Origin: an uncultured delta proteobacterium
GTDB taxonomy: Bacteria; Myxococcota_A; Polyangia; Polyangiales; Polyangiaceae
DNA: 64,000 nucleotides
Assembly: GCA_963850305.1 (NCBI GenBank)
Contig: CAWKKR010000002.1
Span: 96,001 to 160,000, forward strand
Direction: 5' to 3'
Part shown: one piece after another, positions 47,577 through 57,242 of the stretch
Numbering within the stretch: position 1 is the first letter of the stretch
Layout: each line of letters begins with the position of its first letter
Notes under the pieces: generated by a model
Database searches by the model: none
Told to the model about the DNA's origin: nothing
The model's input: only the letters and a program-made list of their open reading frames with translations
Position numbers and translations under genes: made by a program

Positions 47577-48166
47577 TGAGCCGAACGGCGACGGTCGAAC
47601 GCAAGACGAAGGAGACGAGCATCACCGTCGAGATCGATCTCGATGGAACGGGGAAGTGCACGATCGAGACCCCCCTGCCCTTCCTCTCGCACATGCTGGA
47701 GCAGATCGCGCGTCACGGGGCGTTCGATCTCACGGTGCGTGCGGCGGGCGATGTGGACATCGACGGTCATCATACGACCGAGGACGTCGGGATTGTGCTC
47801 GGCAAGGCCGTCCTCGAGGCGCTCGGCGATCGCAAGGGCATCCGGCGGTACGGGTCCGCCACGCTCCCGATGGACGAAGCGCTCGTCACGGTAGCGCTGG
47901 ATCTGTCGGGACGGCCCTTCTTCGTATGGCGCGTGCCGATGCCGAAAGCGAAGCTCGGCGAGTTCGACAGCGAGCTCGCGGAGGTGTTCTTCGAGGCGTT
48001 CGCACGCTCGGCGCAGGCGAATCTGCACGTCCATCTCGTGGAGGGGCAGAACTTGCATCACATCATCGAGATCAGTTTCAAGGCTCTGGCCAGGTCGCTC
48101 CGGCAAGCGACGGAGCTCGACCCGCGAGTCTGCGGCGTGCCTTCGACGAAGGGGTCGCTCGATTGA
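47576..48166 (+). CDS. hisB: Imidazoleglycerol-phosphate dehydratase
   Basis: RKTKET, IDGHHTTED, PMDEAL, NLHHIIE, PSTKG. Confidence 0.96.
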   Translation: MSRTATVERKTKETSITVEIDLDGTGKCTIETPLPFLSHMLEQIARHGAFDLTVRAAGDVDIDGHHTTEDVGIVLGKAVLEALGDRKGIRRYGSATLPMDEALVTVALDLSGRPFFVWRVPMPKAKLGEFDSELAEVFFEAFARSAQANLHVHLVEGQNLHHIIEISFKALARSLRQATELDPRVCGVPSTKGSLD

Positions 48167-48211
48167 GTTGACGGCCGCCGAGCTTCCGAGGGAAACGCCA
48201 CGCCAAGAGCC

Positions 48212-48937
48212 ATGCAGGTCATCCCAGCCATCGATCTCTTGAGCGGACGCGCCGTGAGGCTGAAGCAGGGTCGTTACGACCAGGTGACGACGTACGACGA
48301 ACCGCTCGAGACGATGGCGGGCGAGTGGAGGCGCGTGGTCGGGCGCCTTCACGTCGTCGACCTCGAAGGCGCGAAGGCGGGGCGCGCGGTGCAGACGGAC
48401 GCGGTGCGGCGCATCGTCGGCGCGTTCGGCGCGGGGGTGCAGATTGGCGGGGGGATCCGTTCGCTCGAAGCCGCGGAGAGTTATTTCTCGCTCGGCGTGG
48501 AGCGGGTCGTGCTGGGTACCGCGGCGATCCGCGACCCGGAGCTCGTCGCCCGCGTCGCTGCGGCGCACCCGGGGCGGGTCGTGATCGCCGTGGACGCCAG
48601 GGACGGCCTCGTCGCGACGGACGGGTGGCTCGACGTCAGCGAACGCCGTTCAGTCGACGTCGTGCGCGAGGTCGGCCGGCTACCGATCGCGGCAGTGCTG
48701 TACACCGACATCCAGCGCGACGGCATGGAAACGGGGCCGAATGTCGTCGAGACCGCCCGGCTCGCGAACGAAACGGGAGTCTCCGTGATCGCGAGCGGCG
48801 GTGTGGGCACTCTCGAGCATCTGCGAAGCCTGGCCGCGGCGGCGCCCGGCATCGTCGCGGCGATCGTGGGGCGCGCGCTTCACGAAAGGCGCTTTTCACT
48901 TCAGGAAGCGGTCAGCGCCGCCGCGCACGGCGGCTGA
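48212..48937 (+). CDS. hisA: ProFAR isomerase
   Basis: IPAIDL..GRAVRLKQG, HVVDLEGA, QIGGGIRS, YTDIQRDGM, IASGGV. Confidence 0.95.
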   Translation: MQVIPAIDLLSGRAVRLKQGRYDQVTTYDEPLETMAGEWRRVVGRLHVVDLEGAKAGRAVQTDAVRRIVGAFGAGVQIGGGIRSLEAAESYFSLGVERVVLGTAAIRDPELVARVAAAHPGRVVIAVDARDGLVATDGWLDVSERRSVDVVREVGRLPIAAVLYTDIQRDGMETGPNVVETARLANETGVSVIASGGVGTLEHLRSLAAAAPGIVAAIVGRALHERRFSLQEAVSAAAHGG

Positions 48938-48995
48938 AGCCACCTGGATTCTGGACGCGTCCGCGCGACGATGAATCGCGCTATCGTGGCGCGCG

Positions 48996-50348
48996 ATGGG
49001 AGACAACGAGCCGGAACGCCCGCGCTGGTCCGTCCCGCCGCCTCCCGGGGTGCCGGCCGAAGCGCACGCCGCGTCTCTCGGTGAAGAGTTTCTCTACCAT
49101 CTTTATCGCGGCAGCGAGCTCCTCAAGGAGGATCAGTTCTACGAGGCCAAGTCCGAGCTCGAGCGCGCCCTGGCGTTCCAGCCTCGTGACGTCGAGGGGC
49201 AAAGCCTGCTCGGCGTCGTCTACTTCCGGCTGGGCCATTATCCGCGCGCCATCCAGATCTACGAGGAACTGACGCGCGTGCGCCCGGACGAGGTCGCGCC
49301 GCGGGTCAATCTGTCGCTCTGTTATTTGAAGACCGGGCAGCTCCAGAGCGCGCGCGGCTTGCTCGAGGAGATCATCCGTCAACACCCGGAGCACGTGCGA
49401 GCCTGGGGGTACCTCGGGCTCGTGTACCAGCGCATCGGCGACTTCGAAAAAGCCAGCATCGCGTTCGAACGCGCAGGAAGACCTCAGCTCGCCGCCAGGC
49501 TTAGAGCCGCACAGGCCGAGGCGGCTGTCCCGGAGCCCGAGGCCGACGCCGCATCTCCGTCGAGCGTGCACGAGATTGCGCAGCACCATGTCCAGGCGGC
49601 ACGCACGGTCCCGCCGCCGCAGGACGAGACCGCGGACGCCCACGCCTCAGCGGCGATGCGTCCCTCGTCGGGCGCGTATCCGGCGCCGGGCACGCGAGTC
49701 AGCGTTCCCGTGCCCTTCACTCGCGCGCTTCGTGACGCGACTCTCGTCTTCCCGGAGAGCCCGCGCCTCGTCCTTCACGAGGACGGAATCGTGCTGGCGC
49801 GTGTCGAACGGTCATTTCATGCGCGCGCAGATTGCGTCCGTGCGATCCGTCCCGACGCACCGCGAGCTCTCACGACGAAAACGCCGCGCCGGCGGAGTCG
49901 CGGGCTGCCTGCGGATGAACCCCTCGGCGGCGTGTCCACGCCATTCGTCACCCTCGAGGGCGACGGGCGCCTCGTGCTGGGTGTTCCGCACGCATTCTCC
50001 GCGTTCCTGTCGGAACTCGATGGGGAGCCGCTCTACGCGCGTGAAGATCGGGTCCTCGGCTTCGATGGAGCTCTCGAATACGAGTGCGGACGCCTGGCAC
50101 TTCCGGACGGCGATCATTCGGCGATGCTTCAGCTCGTCGGATCGGGCTTCGTCGTGCTGGCGACGCGCGGACCGGTTCACGGGATGGGCGTCTCTTCCGA
50201 TCGTCCCGTGGAGGTTCGCGCTGCCCGTCTCATCGGGTGGGTTGGTCGGCTTCTGTCGCGACCGGAGACTCCGGCGGACGAACGAGGCCCCCTTCGAGGT
50301 CTTCTGATGCTTTCGGGAAGCGGAACCGTGCTCGTCGACGGTGGCTGA
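48996..50348 (+). CDS. TPR protein with C-terminal AIM24-like domain
   Basis: TPRs (LLGVVYFRLGHYPRAI, WGYLGLVYQRIGDF); beta-rich C-terminal region (LYAREDRVLGFD, LSGSGTVLV). Confidence 0.7.
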   Translation: MGDNEPERPRWSVPPPPGVPAEAHAASLGEEFLYHLYRGSELLKEDQFYEAKSELERALAFQPRDVEGQSLLGVVYFRLGHYPRAIQIYEELTRVRPDEVAPRVNLSLCYLKTGQLQSARGLLEEIIRQHPEHVRAWGYLGLVYQRIGDFEKASIAFERAGRPQLAARLRAAQAEAAVPEPEADAASPSSVHEIAQHHVQAARTVPPPQDETADAHASAAMRPSSGAYPAPGTRVSVPVPFTRALRDATLVFPESPRLVLHEDGIVLARVERSFHARADCVRAIRPDAPRALTTKTPRRRSRGLPADEPLGGVSTPFVTLEGDGRLVLGVPHAFSAFLSELDGEPLYAREDRVLGFDGALEYECGRLALPDGDHSAMLQLVGSGFVVLATRGPVHGMGVSSDRPVEVRAARLIGWVGRLLSRPETPADERGPLRGLLMLSGSGTVLVDGG

Positions 50349-50387
50349 CGCTGTCGGGCGGCGCGCTGCTATAACCGAGTCCCGGCA

Positions 50388-51062
50388 ATGGCGCTCGACG
50401 ACCCTCCGAAGATCAAGGGACGCCTCCGCGATCCCGCGCGGATCGCCCGACGCCGCTCCCTGAAGCAGGACGCCGTTAATCTGCCCAACATCCTCACGAT
50501 GGCGAGGGTCGTGGCGATCCCGCTCATCCTGCTGCTCCTCTCGCGCGGCACTCCCAAGGATTGCGTGATGGCGGCGCTCGTCTATGCCGCCGCCGCCATC
50601 ACCGATCTCCTCGACGGCTACCTCGCGCGCAAGCTTCACGTGGTGAGCGTCCTCGGAAAATTCCTCGATCCCCTCGCCGACAAGCTGCTGGTCATGGCGA
50701 CGCTTGTCTGGCTGGTCCCCATGGGCCGCATTTCGGAGTGGGCCGTCGTCCTGCTCATCGGTCGCGAGATTTCCATCACGGGACTTCGTTCGATCGCGAG
50801 TAGCGAGGGCGTCGTCATCGCCGCCGGCGAGGGCGGGAAGAGCAAGACCGCTCTCCAGATGGTGGGCATCCTCTGCCTCCTCATCGGGTTTCCGTATCAC
50901 CTGTCGCTCGGCTTTCTGGACCTCGGCATCGTCGATCTGGTTCACGTGGGCCGCTGGCTCATCTACGTGTCGCTCTTCTTTTCCCTCACGAGTGCGGTGG
51001 AATACGTCGGGCTTTTCGCGCAGGCGGTCGAGGCAAAGGAACGCCGTGAACGAGAATCCTGA
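50388..51062 (+). CDS. pgsA: CDP-diacylglycerol--glycerol-3-phosphate 3-phosphatidyltransferase
   Basis: NLPNILTMAR, TDLLDGYLAR....S.LGKFLDPLADK, GKSKT..QM. Confidence 0.93.
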   Translation: MALDDPPKIKGRLRDPARIARRRSLKQDAVNLPNILTMARVVAIPLILLLLSRGTPKDCVMAALVYAAAAITDLLDGYLARKLHVVSVLGKFLDPLADKLLVMATLVWLVPMGRISEWAVVLLIGREISITGLRSIASSEGVVIAAGEGGKSKTALQMVGILCLLIGFPYHLSLGFLDLGIVDLVHVGRWLIYVSLFFSLTSAVEYVGLFAQAVEAKERRERES

Positions 51063-51124
51063 AGCCATTTTGCCGGGTCCGGCTGGACAGCGCGGAGTCG
51101 CCCCTGCTACCTAAGCGGCCGGCC

Positions 51125-51439
51125 ATGCGAATTCGTTCCCTCCTCCGTGTTCTGGCCATCGCGTCCGTTGCGATCGTTGCCGCCTCGGCCTGCTCGAACC
51201 AAGGCGAAGGACAGCGCTGCGACCCGAACAACAACAGCAACGACTGTACGTCGCCCAACGTTTGTACGCGCAGCACCAACAGCTCCATCGAGCCCTCGGG
51301 TTCCGCCATCTGCTGCCCTCCGAAGGGGCAGCCCATCACGTCCGAAGCGTGCCAGGGGATCGTGAGCACCCAGTTCCAGAGCGACGCCGGATTGTTCGAC
51401 TCGGGCGCCGACGCGGCCGCCGGGGCCAGGGACAAGTAG
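51125..51439 (+). CDS. Small Cys-rich lipoprotein
   Basis: Lipobox ASAC; QGEGQRCD..DC..C..CCP. Confidence 0.75.
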   Translation: MRIRSLLRVLAIASVAIVAASACSNQGEGQRCDPNNNSNDCTSPNVCTRSTNSSIEPSGSAICCPPKGQPITSEACQGIVSTQFQSDAGLFDSGADAAAGARDK

Positions 51440-51442
51440 TCG

Positions 51443-51700
51443 GTGTCCGTCGAGGGGCTCGTCGGATTCGCACAGGAGGCGCTCCTGCTCGCTGTTCGTG
51501 TGTCTCTTCCCGTCCTTTCGGCGGCCTGGGTCATCAGCTTCGTCGTTTCCGCGGTCCAGGGTGCGACGCAGATCGCCGATTCCGCGCTTGGTTACCTGCC
51601 CCGCGTGCTCGTGGTGACGGCGGTGCTGATCGCCGCGGGGCCGTGGATGGGTGGCCAGATCGCGTCGTTTGCGGCGCGAGCATTCACGCTGGCGCCTTGA
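51443..51700 (+). CDS. fliQ: FliQ/SctS-family type III export gate subunit (orphan)
   Basis: 85 aa, two hydrophobic helices, QGATQIADSALGYLPR corresponds to QAxTQIQEQTLxFxPK; GPWM. Confidence 0.8.
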   Translation: MSVEGLVGFAQEALLLAVRVSLPVLSAAWVISFVVSAVQGATQIADSALGYLPRVLVVTAVLIAAGPWMGGQIASFAARAFTLAP

Positions 51701-52926
51701 TGATTCTTGGTATGCGCGGCGTTGAAACGACGCTCGCACCGAGCGACGTCGCGAAGCGCCCGGAGGGGCGTGAACGCCTGCTCGTCGGCGGGCGCATCGT
51801 GGCAGCCGGCGAGACCGATTGTCGGATCGCGGACGCCCTGGCGACGCTGCACGTGCGGTTCGCGGAGAAGGTCGCGCTCACCGTGGGAGAACTCGCCGTC
51901 GTCGAGGGCCGGATGGCCGATCACGAGCTCGACGAGGCGCGCGTGATCGCGCAATACGCGGGCGCCGAACCAACGGCGATGACCGAGTTCGGGCGTCTCG
52001 CCTTCCACGGCGTCGGTCGACGTCTCGCCGCGAGGGCGCACGCACTGCGGGTCGTGCGAGCCTATTTCGAGGCACAGGGGTTCATCGAGGTGGAAACCCC
52101 CGTGCGCGTACCGAGCCCTGGCCTGGATGCGCACGTCGACGCGATTCGAGCTGGCGACGGCTGGCTCGTCACGTCACCGGAGTTTCACATGAAGCGCCTC
52201 GTCGTGGGGGGATTACCTCGCGTATTTCAGATCGCCAGGAGCACGCGCGCCGACGAAGAAGGGGCTCTGCACGAGCCCGAGTTCACGCTCGTGGAGTGGT
52301 ACCGCGCATTCTCCGATTCGAGCGACGTCCTCGCCGACGCGGAAGCGCTCGTGTCGGAAGTCGTGTGTTCGCTTTCGGGCGAGCCGTTCATCACGCTGAC
52401 GGATGGGCGCCGCCTGGATGTCCGACCGCCGTTCGAGCGAACCACCGTGCGGGACGCCTTCCGCCATCACGCGGGCGTTGCCGACGCGGTCGAGCTCGCT
52501 CGGGTCGACCCCGGTCGGTACTTCGAGCTCCTGGTCGGACGCGTGGAACCGGGCCTCGCCCGAAGGTCGCGTCCGATCGTGCTGGAGGAGTTCCCCATCA
52601 CGGAAGCCGCCATGGCGCGTCCTTGTGCGCATGATCCGTCGGTCGCGGAACGATTCGAGGTGTACGCAGGCGGTGTGGAGCTCTGTAACGGCTTCGGCGA
52701 GCTCACCGACCCGCGAGAGCAGCTCGCTCGCTTCGAGATCGAGCTCGAGCGGCGAAAGCGCGCGAGCGCACCACTCCACCCGATCGATCAGCGCTTTCTG
52801 GCTGCACTGCGCGAGGGCTTGCCGCCGTCGGGCGGGAACGCGCTCGGCTTCGATCGTCTCGTTGCGCTCGCGCTTTCCGCGCCCCGGATCGCCGACGTCA
52901 TGGCGTTCCCGAACGTGTGCAAGTAA
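51700..52926 (+). CDS. epmA: EF-P lysine aminoacylase EpmA (GenX/PoxA) with N-terminal extension
   Basis: GFIEVETP, TSPEFHMKRL, HEPEFTLVEWY, ERFEVYAGGVELCNGFGEL, GLPPSGGNALGFDRL; TGATG overlap with fliQ. Confidence 0.88.
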   Translation: MILGMRGVETTLAPSDVAKRPEGRERLLVGGRIVAAGETDCRIADALATLHVRFAEKVALTVGELAVVEGRMADHELDEARVIAQYAGAEPTAMTEFGRLAFHGVGRRLAARAHALRVVRAYFEAQGFIEVETPVRVPSPGLDAHVDAIRAGDGWLVTSPEFHMKRLVVGGLPRVFQIARSTRADEEGALHEPEFTLVEWYRAFSDSSDVLADAEALVSEVVCSLSGEPFITLTDGRRLDVRPPFERTTVRDAFRHHAGVADAVELARVDPGRYFELLVGRVEPGLARRSRPIVLEEFPITEAAMARPCAHDPSVAERFEVYAGGVELCNGFGELTDPREQLARFEIELERRKRASAPLHPIDQRFLAALREGLPPSGGNALGFDRLVALALSAPRIADVMAFPNVCK

Positions 52927-52950
52927 CCGGGCGGTGACCGGCGCCGGCCG

Positions 52951-55584
52951 TCAGTTGCCGATCTGGGGTACGGAGCCGGCGGCCGCCATCGACAGGAACC
53001 GGACGGCGTCCGCGTTGGCGGAGGGAACGTCGAATACGACGAAGTGCCCGTCTTGGCCGCCGGAGTTCTGGTACTCCCGGACCCCCAGGGTCACCGTATG
53101 GCCGCCCTCGATGAAGTTGCCGGCGAGCCCCGCGGGCTGCTCCACGAAGTTCGAGATCGCGTCGGGTGTCGTGACGGACGGATCGTGGACGATGAGCGAA
53201 AGGTTCGCCGCGATTGCATAGGCCTGCAGCGTGACCGGCGGCGCGTAGGTGTCGCCGATGCCGTACGTTTGAAAGATGCTCTTCGGCAAGATGCCGCTCT
53301 CGGGCGAGCGCCCGATGGCGTCCCCGAAGTTCAAGGGATCGCCCGGGTCGATCCACTGCTGAACGATCGAGAGCACCGGATGGTATTCGCCGCCGAATAG
53401 CTTTCCCTGCCCGTCGTAATCGGCGCCGAGCACGAAGGGAACCGCTGCGGCGATGTTCTGCGGCGACGTCTTGGTGAGGAGCGCATGCAGCAGGCCCGCT
53501 CCATTGCCGGAGAGTACGGCGGCGCTGAACGCGTTCGTGAACGGCAGTCCGAGGCTGCCGCCCATGGACCCCTGTGAATGCCCGAAGAACACCAGCGCGT
53601 TCGTGTCCACGTTCATCGCAGTGGTCCCGGTCACGCTCGCGGGAATCGACAACGTCTTCATGAGGCGACCGATGCTGACGACGTCGGCGCCCGCCTGCAT
53701 GGGGTTGCCGCGTGCGGCGTCGGGATTCGCAAAGTTGAAGAACAGGGTGTCTGGCGACTCCGTCGATGTCCCGCGGCGCGTGCCGTGCTCGACCTGGTCG
53801 TAGCCGAAGACGGCCATCGGGGGCGTGGCTCGAGCCAGCACGCCCGCGACGGGATCCTGGATGAAGTCCCGGAACGAGCCGCCCGTGCCATGTGCGTACA
53901 CGACCGTGGGCCACCCGCCCGATGGCATCTGGGACTTTTTTGGAATGCTCATCGCGGCGCAGATCTGTTCCGTCCGCACCGGTGCCGCGGCGATATCGCC
54001 CCCCGAGGTCAGGTACGGTTCCGTTCCGTTCTGGAAGATCGGAATCGTCACGAGCGCATGGTACTCGTCGTAGTCCGCGGTGCCGGTGCCGCAGGCGCGA
54101 TCGCCGGTCGCCTGCGGACAGGGCGATGGCGTGCCGCCACCACACTTGACCCAGCCGTCCGCGGACGGTGCCGTCGCAGCCAGGGTGGCCGTCGCGAGGT
54201 TCGACATTCGAGCGGGCGTATCGGTCGTGGTGAACACGGTCGCATTCAGTACGGCCGTTGGCTGAATGCCCTGGGCGGACAGGTAATCGCGAAGTGGCTT
54301 GAAGGCGGCATAACCGTTCGCCAGTGCCGCTTCGGTTGGAGCCGTCGAACCGAGGAGCGATGTCAGCTCCGGCGAGGGCGTGATCGCGTGACCGTTCTTG
54401 TCGCGCCCCGTGCTCGAAAGGTAAATCGTGTAAATATGTCCGGGAGTGAGGGGGTGGCCCGACGGGGGACGCACGGCGAGCCAGTCGTGACAGACGTATT
54501 TGCCACCCGTGCTCGAATAAGACCATGTCGCGCCGCCGCTGCTCGGACTGGTCGGATCGGTGATGTCGAGGAACTGCACGGGACTCGGCGCTCCGTCTTT
54601 TGCCGAGAAGGTGGCGAAATCGATCTGCCCGGAAAACCGGAAGATCGTCGTCGGATAGGTGCCCCAGGCCGTTTCGTTCCGTGAAATGGCGTCGAGGTAG
54701 ATCTGCACCGGATCGAAGCCGAGCAAGGACGAACCCGGCGTCGGAAAGCCCGATAGATCGATCTTGCCGTTCTCGATCCGGACGTCGTTCGGAAAGGGCA
54801 ATCGGAAGAAATCCGCGCCGGCCGTGCTCTCGGTCGCGCCGGGGATCTCGAAATAGGCCGTCACCGTTCCCTGCGATGCGGGCTCGCAGTTGAGCGATGG
54901 CGCGACCGGTATGCCGAACGGTACGCCGCCGACGGGCGGGATGGGCGCACAGACTCCGCTGGGCGGCGCCGCACCTCCGTCGTCGCGCCCCGCGTCGCTC
55001 GACGAAGTCGCGGGCGCCGGGGTCGTGGAAGAAGGGGAGCACAAGAGCCCCGCGTAGCAATCACTCGATGTGACGCATCCCTGTCCAACATCGGACGTGC
55101 CCTGGGGTACGCACTCCGCAGCAAACCCGACGATGCCGCATCGTAACCCCGCCTGGCAGTCGGAGTCCGAAGTGCATCCGTCGGCCGCGACGCCTTGCCC
55201 TGCGGCCGCGCACACCCCGGCAACGCACTGTGAGCCACTCGCGCACTCTTCGGCGGCCGTACAGGGGCTCCCGAGCGGCGTCGAATGGGAGAAGGCGCAA
55301 ATGCCACTTGCGCACGAAAGGCCGATTCGGCATCGCCCGGCCGCCGTGTCCGTGCAAGCCTGGCCGGCTCCGAAACCCGCCGCGATTCCGCCGTCAGAGA
55401 GCACACGGGTGCCCCCGCCGTCATTCCCGGTTCCGGCCGAGCCGCCGCTTCCGGTGTTGCCGCCGTAGCTCCCGGACAGTCCACCATCAAGGAGTTCGTC
55501 GCCCCCGCTGACGACCGAACCAGTCGAGCAGGCGGCAAGCAAGGGCGCGATTAGGACGAACGATCGGCAACCACGACGAACCAT
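52951..55584 (-). CDS. Large lipoprotein: Cys-rich repeats plus alpha/beta-hydrolase (lipase-like) domain
   Basis: Lipobox LAAC; CxxxxDCxxGLxC repeats; PFPND, YAHGTGG, FGHSQG nucleophile elbow. Confidence 0.8.
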   Translation of the reverse strand: MVRRGCRSFVLIAPLLAACSTGSVVSGGDELLDGGLSGSYGGNTGSGGSAGTGNDGGGTRVLSDGGIAAGFGAGQACTDTAAGRCRIGLSCASGICAFSHSTPLGSPCTAAEECASGSQCVAGVCAAAGQGVAADGCTSDSDCQAGLRCGIVGFAAECVPQGTSDVGQGCVTSSDCYAGLLCSPSSTTPAPATSSSDAGRDDGGAAPPSGVCAPIPPVGGVPFGIPVAPSLNCEPASQGTVTAYFEIPGATESTAGADFFRLPFPNDVRIENGKIDLSGFPTPGSSLLGFDPVQIYLDAISRNETAWGTYPTTIFRFSGQIDFATFSAKDGAPSPVQFLDITDPTSPSSGGATWSYSSTGGKYVCHDWLAVRPPSGHPLTPGHIYTIYLSSTGRDKNGHAITPSPELTSLLGSTAPTEAALANGYAAFKPLRDYLSAQGIQPTAVLNATVFTTTDTPARMSNLATATLAATAPSADGWVKCGGGTPSPCPQATGDRACGTGTADYDEYHALVTIPIFQNGTEPYLTSGGDIAAAPVRTEQICAAMSIPKKSQMPSGGWPTVVYAHGTGGSFRDFIQDPVAGVLARATPPMAVFGYDQVEHGTRRGTSTESPDTLFFNFANPDAARGNPMQAGADVVSIGRLMKTLSIPASVTGTTAMNVDTNALVFFGHSQGSMGGSLGLPFTNAFSAAVLSGNGAGLLHALLTKTSPQNIAAAVPFVLGADYDGQGKLFGGEYHPVLSIVQQWIDPGDPLNFGDAIGRSPESGILPKSIFQTYGIGDTYAPPVTLQAYAIAANLSLIVHDPSVTTPDAISNFVEQPAGLAGNFIEGGHTVTLGVREYQNSGGQDGHFVVFDVPSANADAVRFLSMAAAGSVPQIGN

Positions 55585-55675
55585 GTAAGACCCCATTTCG
55601 AATTCGAGCCTAAGCACGTGAGAGTATACCGAGTGTGCTCTTCGCGCCAGAGCCCGCCCGGAGGCGATGGGGAGC

Positions 55676-56350
55676 TCAGGGGTAACGAATGAGAGATACG
55701 ACCGGAGAAGACGAAAGCCGAGCGCGGCCGCCGAGCGCGGCGAGCTCGATGATGAAGGCGTAGGCCAGCACGATGGCACCTTGCCGTCTCACGAGCTCGC
55801 CGGCAGCCGAGGCCGTGCCGCCGGTGGCGAGCAGATCGTCAACGACCACGACGCGAGTTCCTGCCGGAAGCGCGTCCCGGTGTATGTGAAGCTCATTTCT
55901 TCCGTACTCGAGCGCGTAGGCAATTCTGTCCGTCGCTGCCGGAAGCTTCCCTGGCTTTCGCACGGGCACGAAGCTCGCGTTCAGGCGCGCCGCAAGCGCG
56001 CCTCCGAAAATGAATCCGCGCGATTCAATGGCCACGATCGCGTCCGCATGTTCTCCGACGAACCGCTCCGCCATCGCGTCCAGCGTGATGTGGAACGCCC
56101 GGGGATCCGCCAGGAGCGGAGTGATGTCGCGAAATAGTATTCCCGGCTGCGGGAAGTCCGGTACGTCGCGGATCAAGCTCTGCGCATACTCGAGCGGATC
56201 GCCACGCGAAATAGCCATGGGCGGCGGGCCTTCCACGAGCGAGGGCGTACGCACGGGCTCCGACTTGGCCACTCCTCGTGGCGTCGGCGCGCGTCGCGCC
56301 GGGACGCGCGGCTTCTTCGCGCCGTGGGCGGATCTCTTGCGCGCGGCCAT
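55676..56350 (-). CDS. apt: Adenine phosphoribosyltransferase
   Basis: IRDVPDFPQPGILFRDITPLL, ESRGF, RKPGKLP, VDDLLATGGT; start uncertain (basic N-terminal extension). Confidence 0.95.
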   Translation of the reverse strand: MAARKRSAHGAKKPRVPARRAPTPRGVAKSEPVRTPSLVEGPPPMAISRGDPLEYAQSLIRDVPDFPQPGILFRDITPLLADPRAFHITLDAMAERFVGEHADAIVAIESRGFIFGGALAARLNASFVPVRKPGKLPAATDRIAYALEYGRNELHIHRDALPAGTRVVVVDDLLATGGTASAAGELVRRQGAIVLAYAFIIELAALGGRARLSSSPVVSLIRYP

Positions 56351-56388
56351 CGGAGCCTTCCACTTAACATGGCCCGGCCAGCGGCGGA

Positions 56389-57138
56389 TCAACTCGCTCG
56401 ATCGGCGATCCTGCGCGCGGAAGTGGCCCCACTTTCCGCAAACAGATCGAGGAGCAGCGGCGTCACGCCGACCATGCCGGCGTCGTAGGCGTCCGTGTCC
56501 GAGCCCGGTGCGGGGCGATGTTCCGCTCCGGGCCCCCCCAGCCACAGGTATTCGGCGCCCCGTGGGTCACGCCGGAAGTCGACGTGATCTATGTAAACCC
56601 GAACTCCAAGGCAGGTGGCACGTATCGGCCAGGTGCCGCCGGGTGGGAAATTCACGTTCAGGAGCAATCCATGCCCTCTCGACTCCGCGAGCGTCGCGAC
56701 GGCGAGCCGCCGGACGACCTGCGCCGCCGCGACGAAATCGCTGTCGCGCGAGGCCGAGACGGCAAGCGACGGGTAGCCGCGAAGAGCGGCTTCGCGTGCC
56801 GCGGCGACGGTCCCACTGTAAAAGACGTCCTGGCCCAGGTTGAGACCATGGTTGAGTCCCGACACCACGAGATCGGGTCGCCGGGGCAAGACGCGTGCGC
56901 CGGAGTGCAGGGCAACGTAGACGCAGTCCGCGGGGGTCCCGTCGATCGAAAAGACCGACTGCCCGTGGTCCCGCAATCGAAGCGGACGGCCCAGCGTCAG
57001 CGCGTGGCTCGTTGCGCTCTGCTCGGTCTCGGGTGCGCACACGACGACCTCCGCCGAATCACGGAGTGCGTCGCGCAGGATCTGGATGCCTTCAGCGCGA
57101 TAGCCGTCGTCGTTCGACAGGAGCACGAGGGGTCGCAT
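56389..57138 (-). CDS. surE: 5'/3'-nucleotidase SurE
   Basis: LLSNDDG, GTPADCV, SGLNHG.N, YSGTVAAA. Confidence 0.95.
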   Translation of the reverse strand: MRPLVLLSNDDGYRAEGIQILRDALRDSAEVVVCAPETEQSATSHALTLGRPLRLRDHGQSVFSIDGTPADCVYVALHSGARVLPRRPDLVVSGLNHGLNLGQDVFYSGTVAAAREAALRGYPSLAVSASRDSDFVAAAQVVRRLAVATLAESRGHGLLLNVNFPPGGTWPIRATCLGVRVYIDHVDFRRDPRGAEYLWLGGPGAEHRPAPGSDTDAYDAGMVGVTPLLLDLFAESGATSARRIADRAS

Positions 57139-57242
57139 GAGGCGTGTCTATAGCGCCGTTCGCTCGCCCGCGCGCGCTTTGCTGGTGGCCGGTCCGCCGC
57201 CCCTGCCACGGACCGCGACAGTAGTGTTAGCCTCCTGGATTC

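Noticed and set aside
46505..48166. Apparent lipoprotein-HisB fusion (553 aa)
   Set aside because: Caused by the +1 insertion near 47254; the corrected upstream gene stops at 47576, overlapping the hisB ATG
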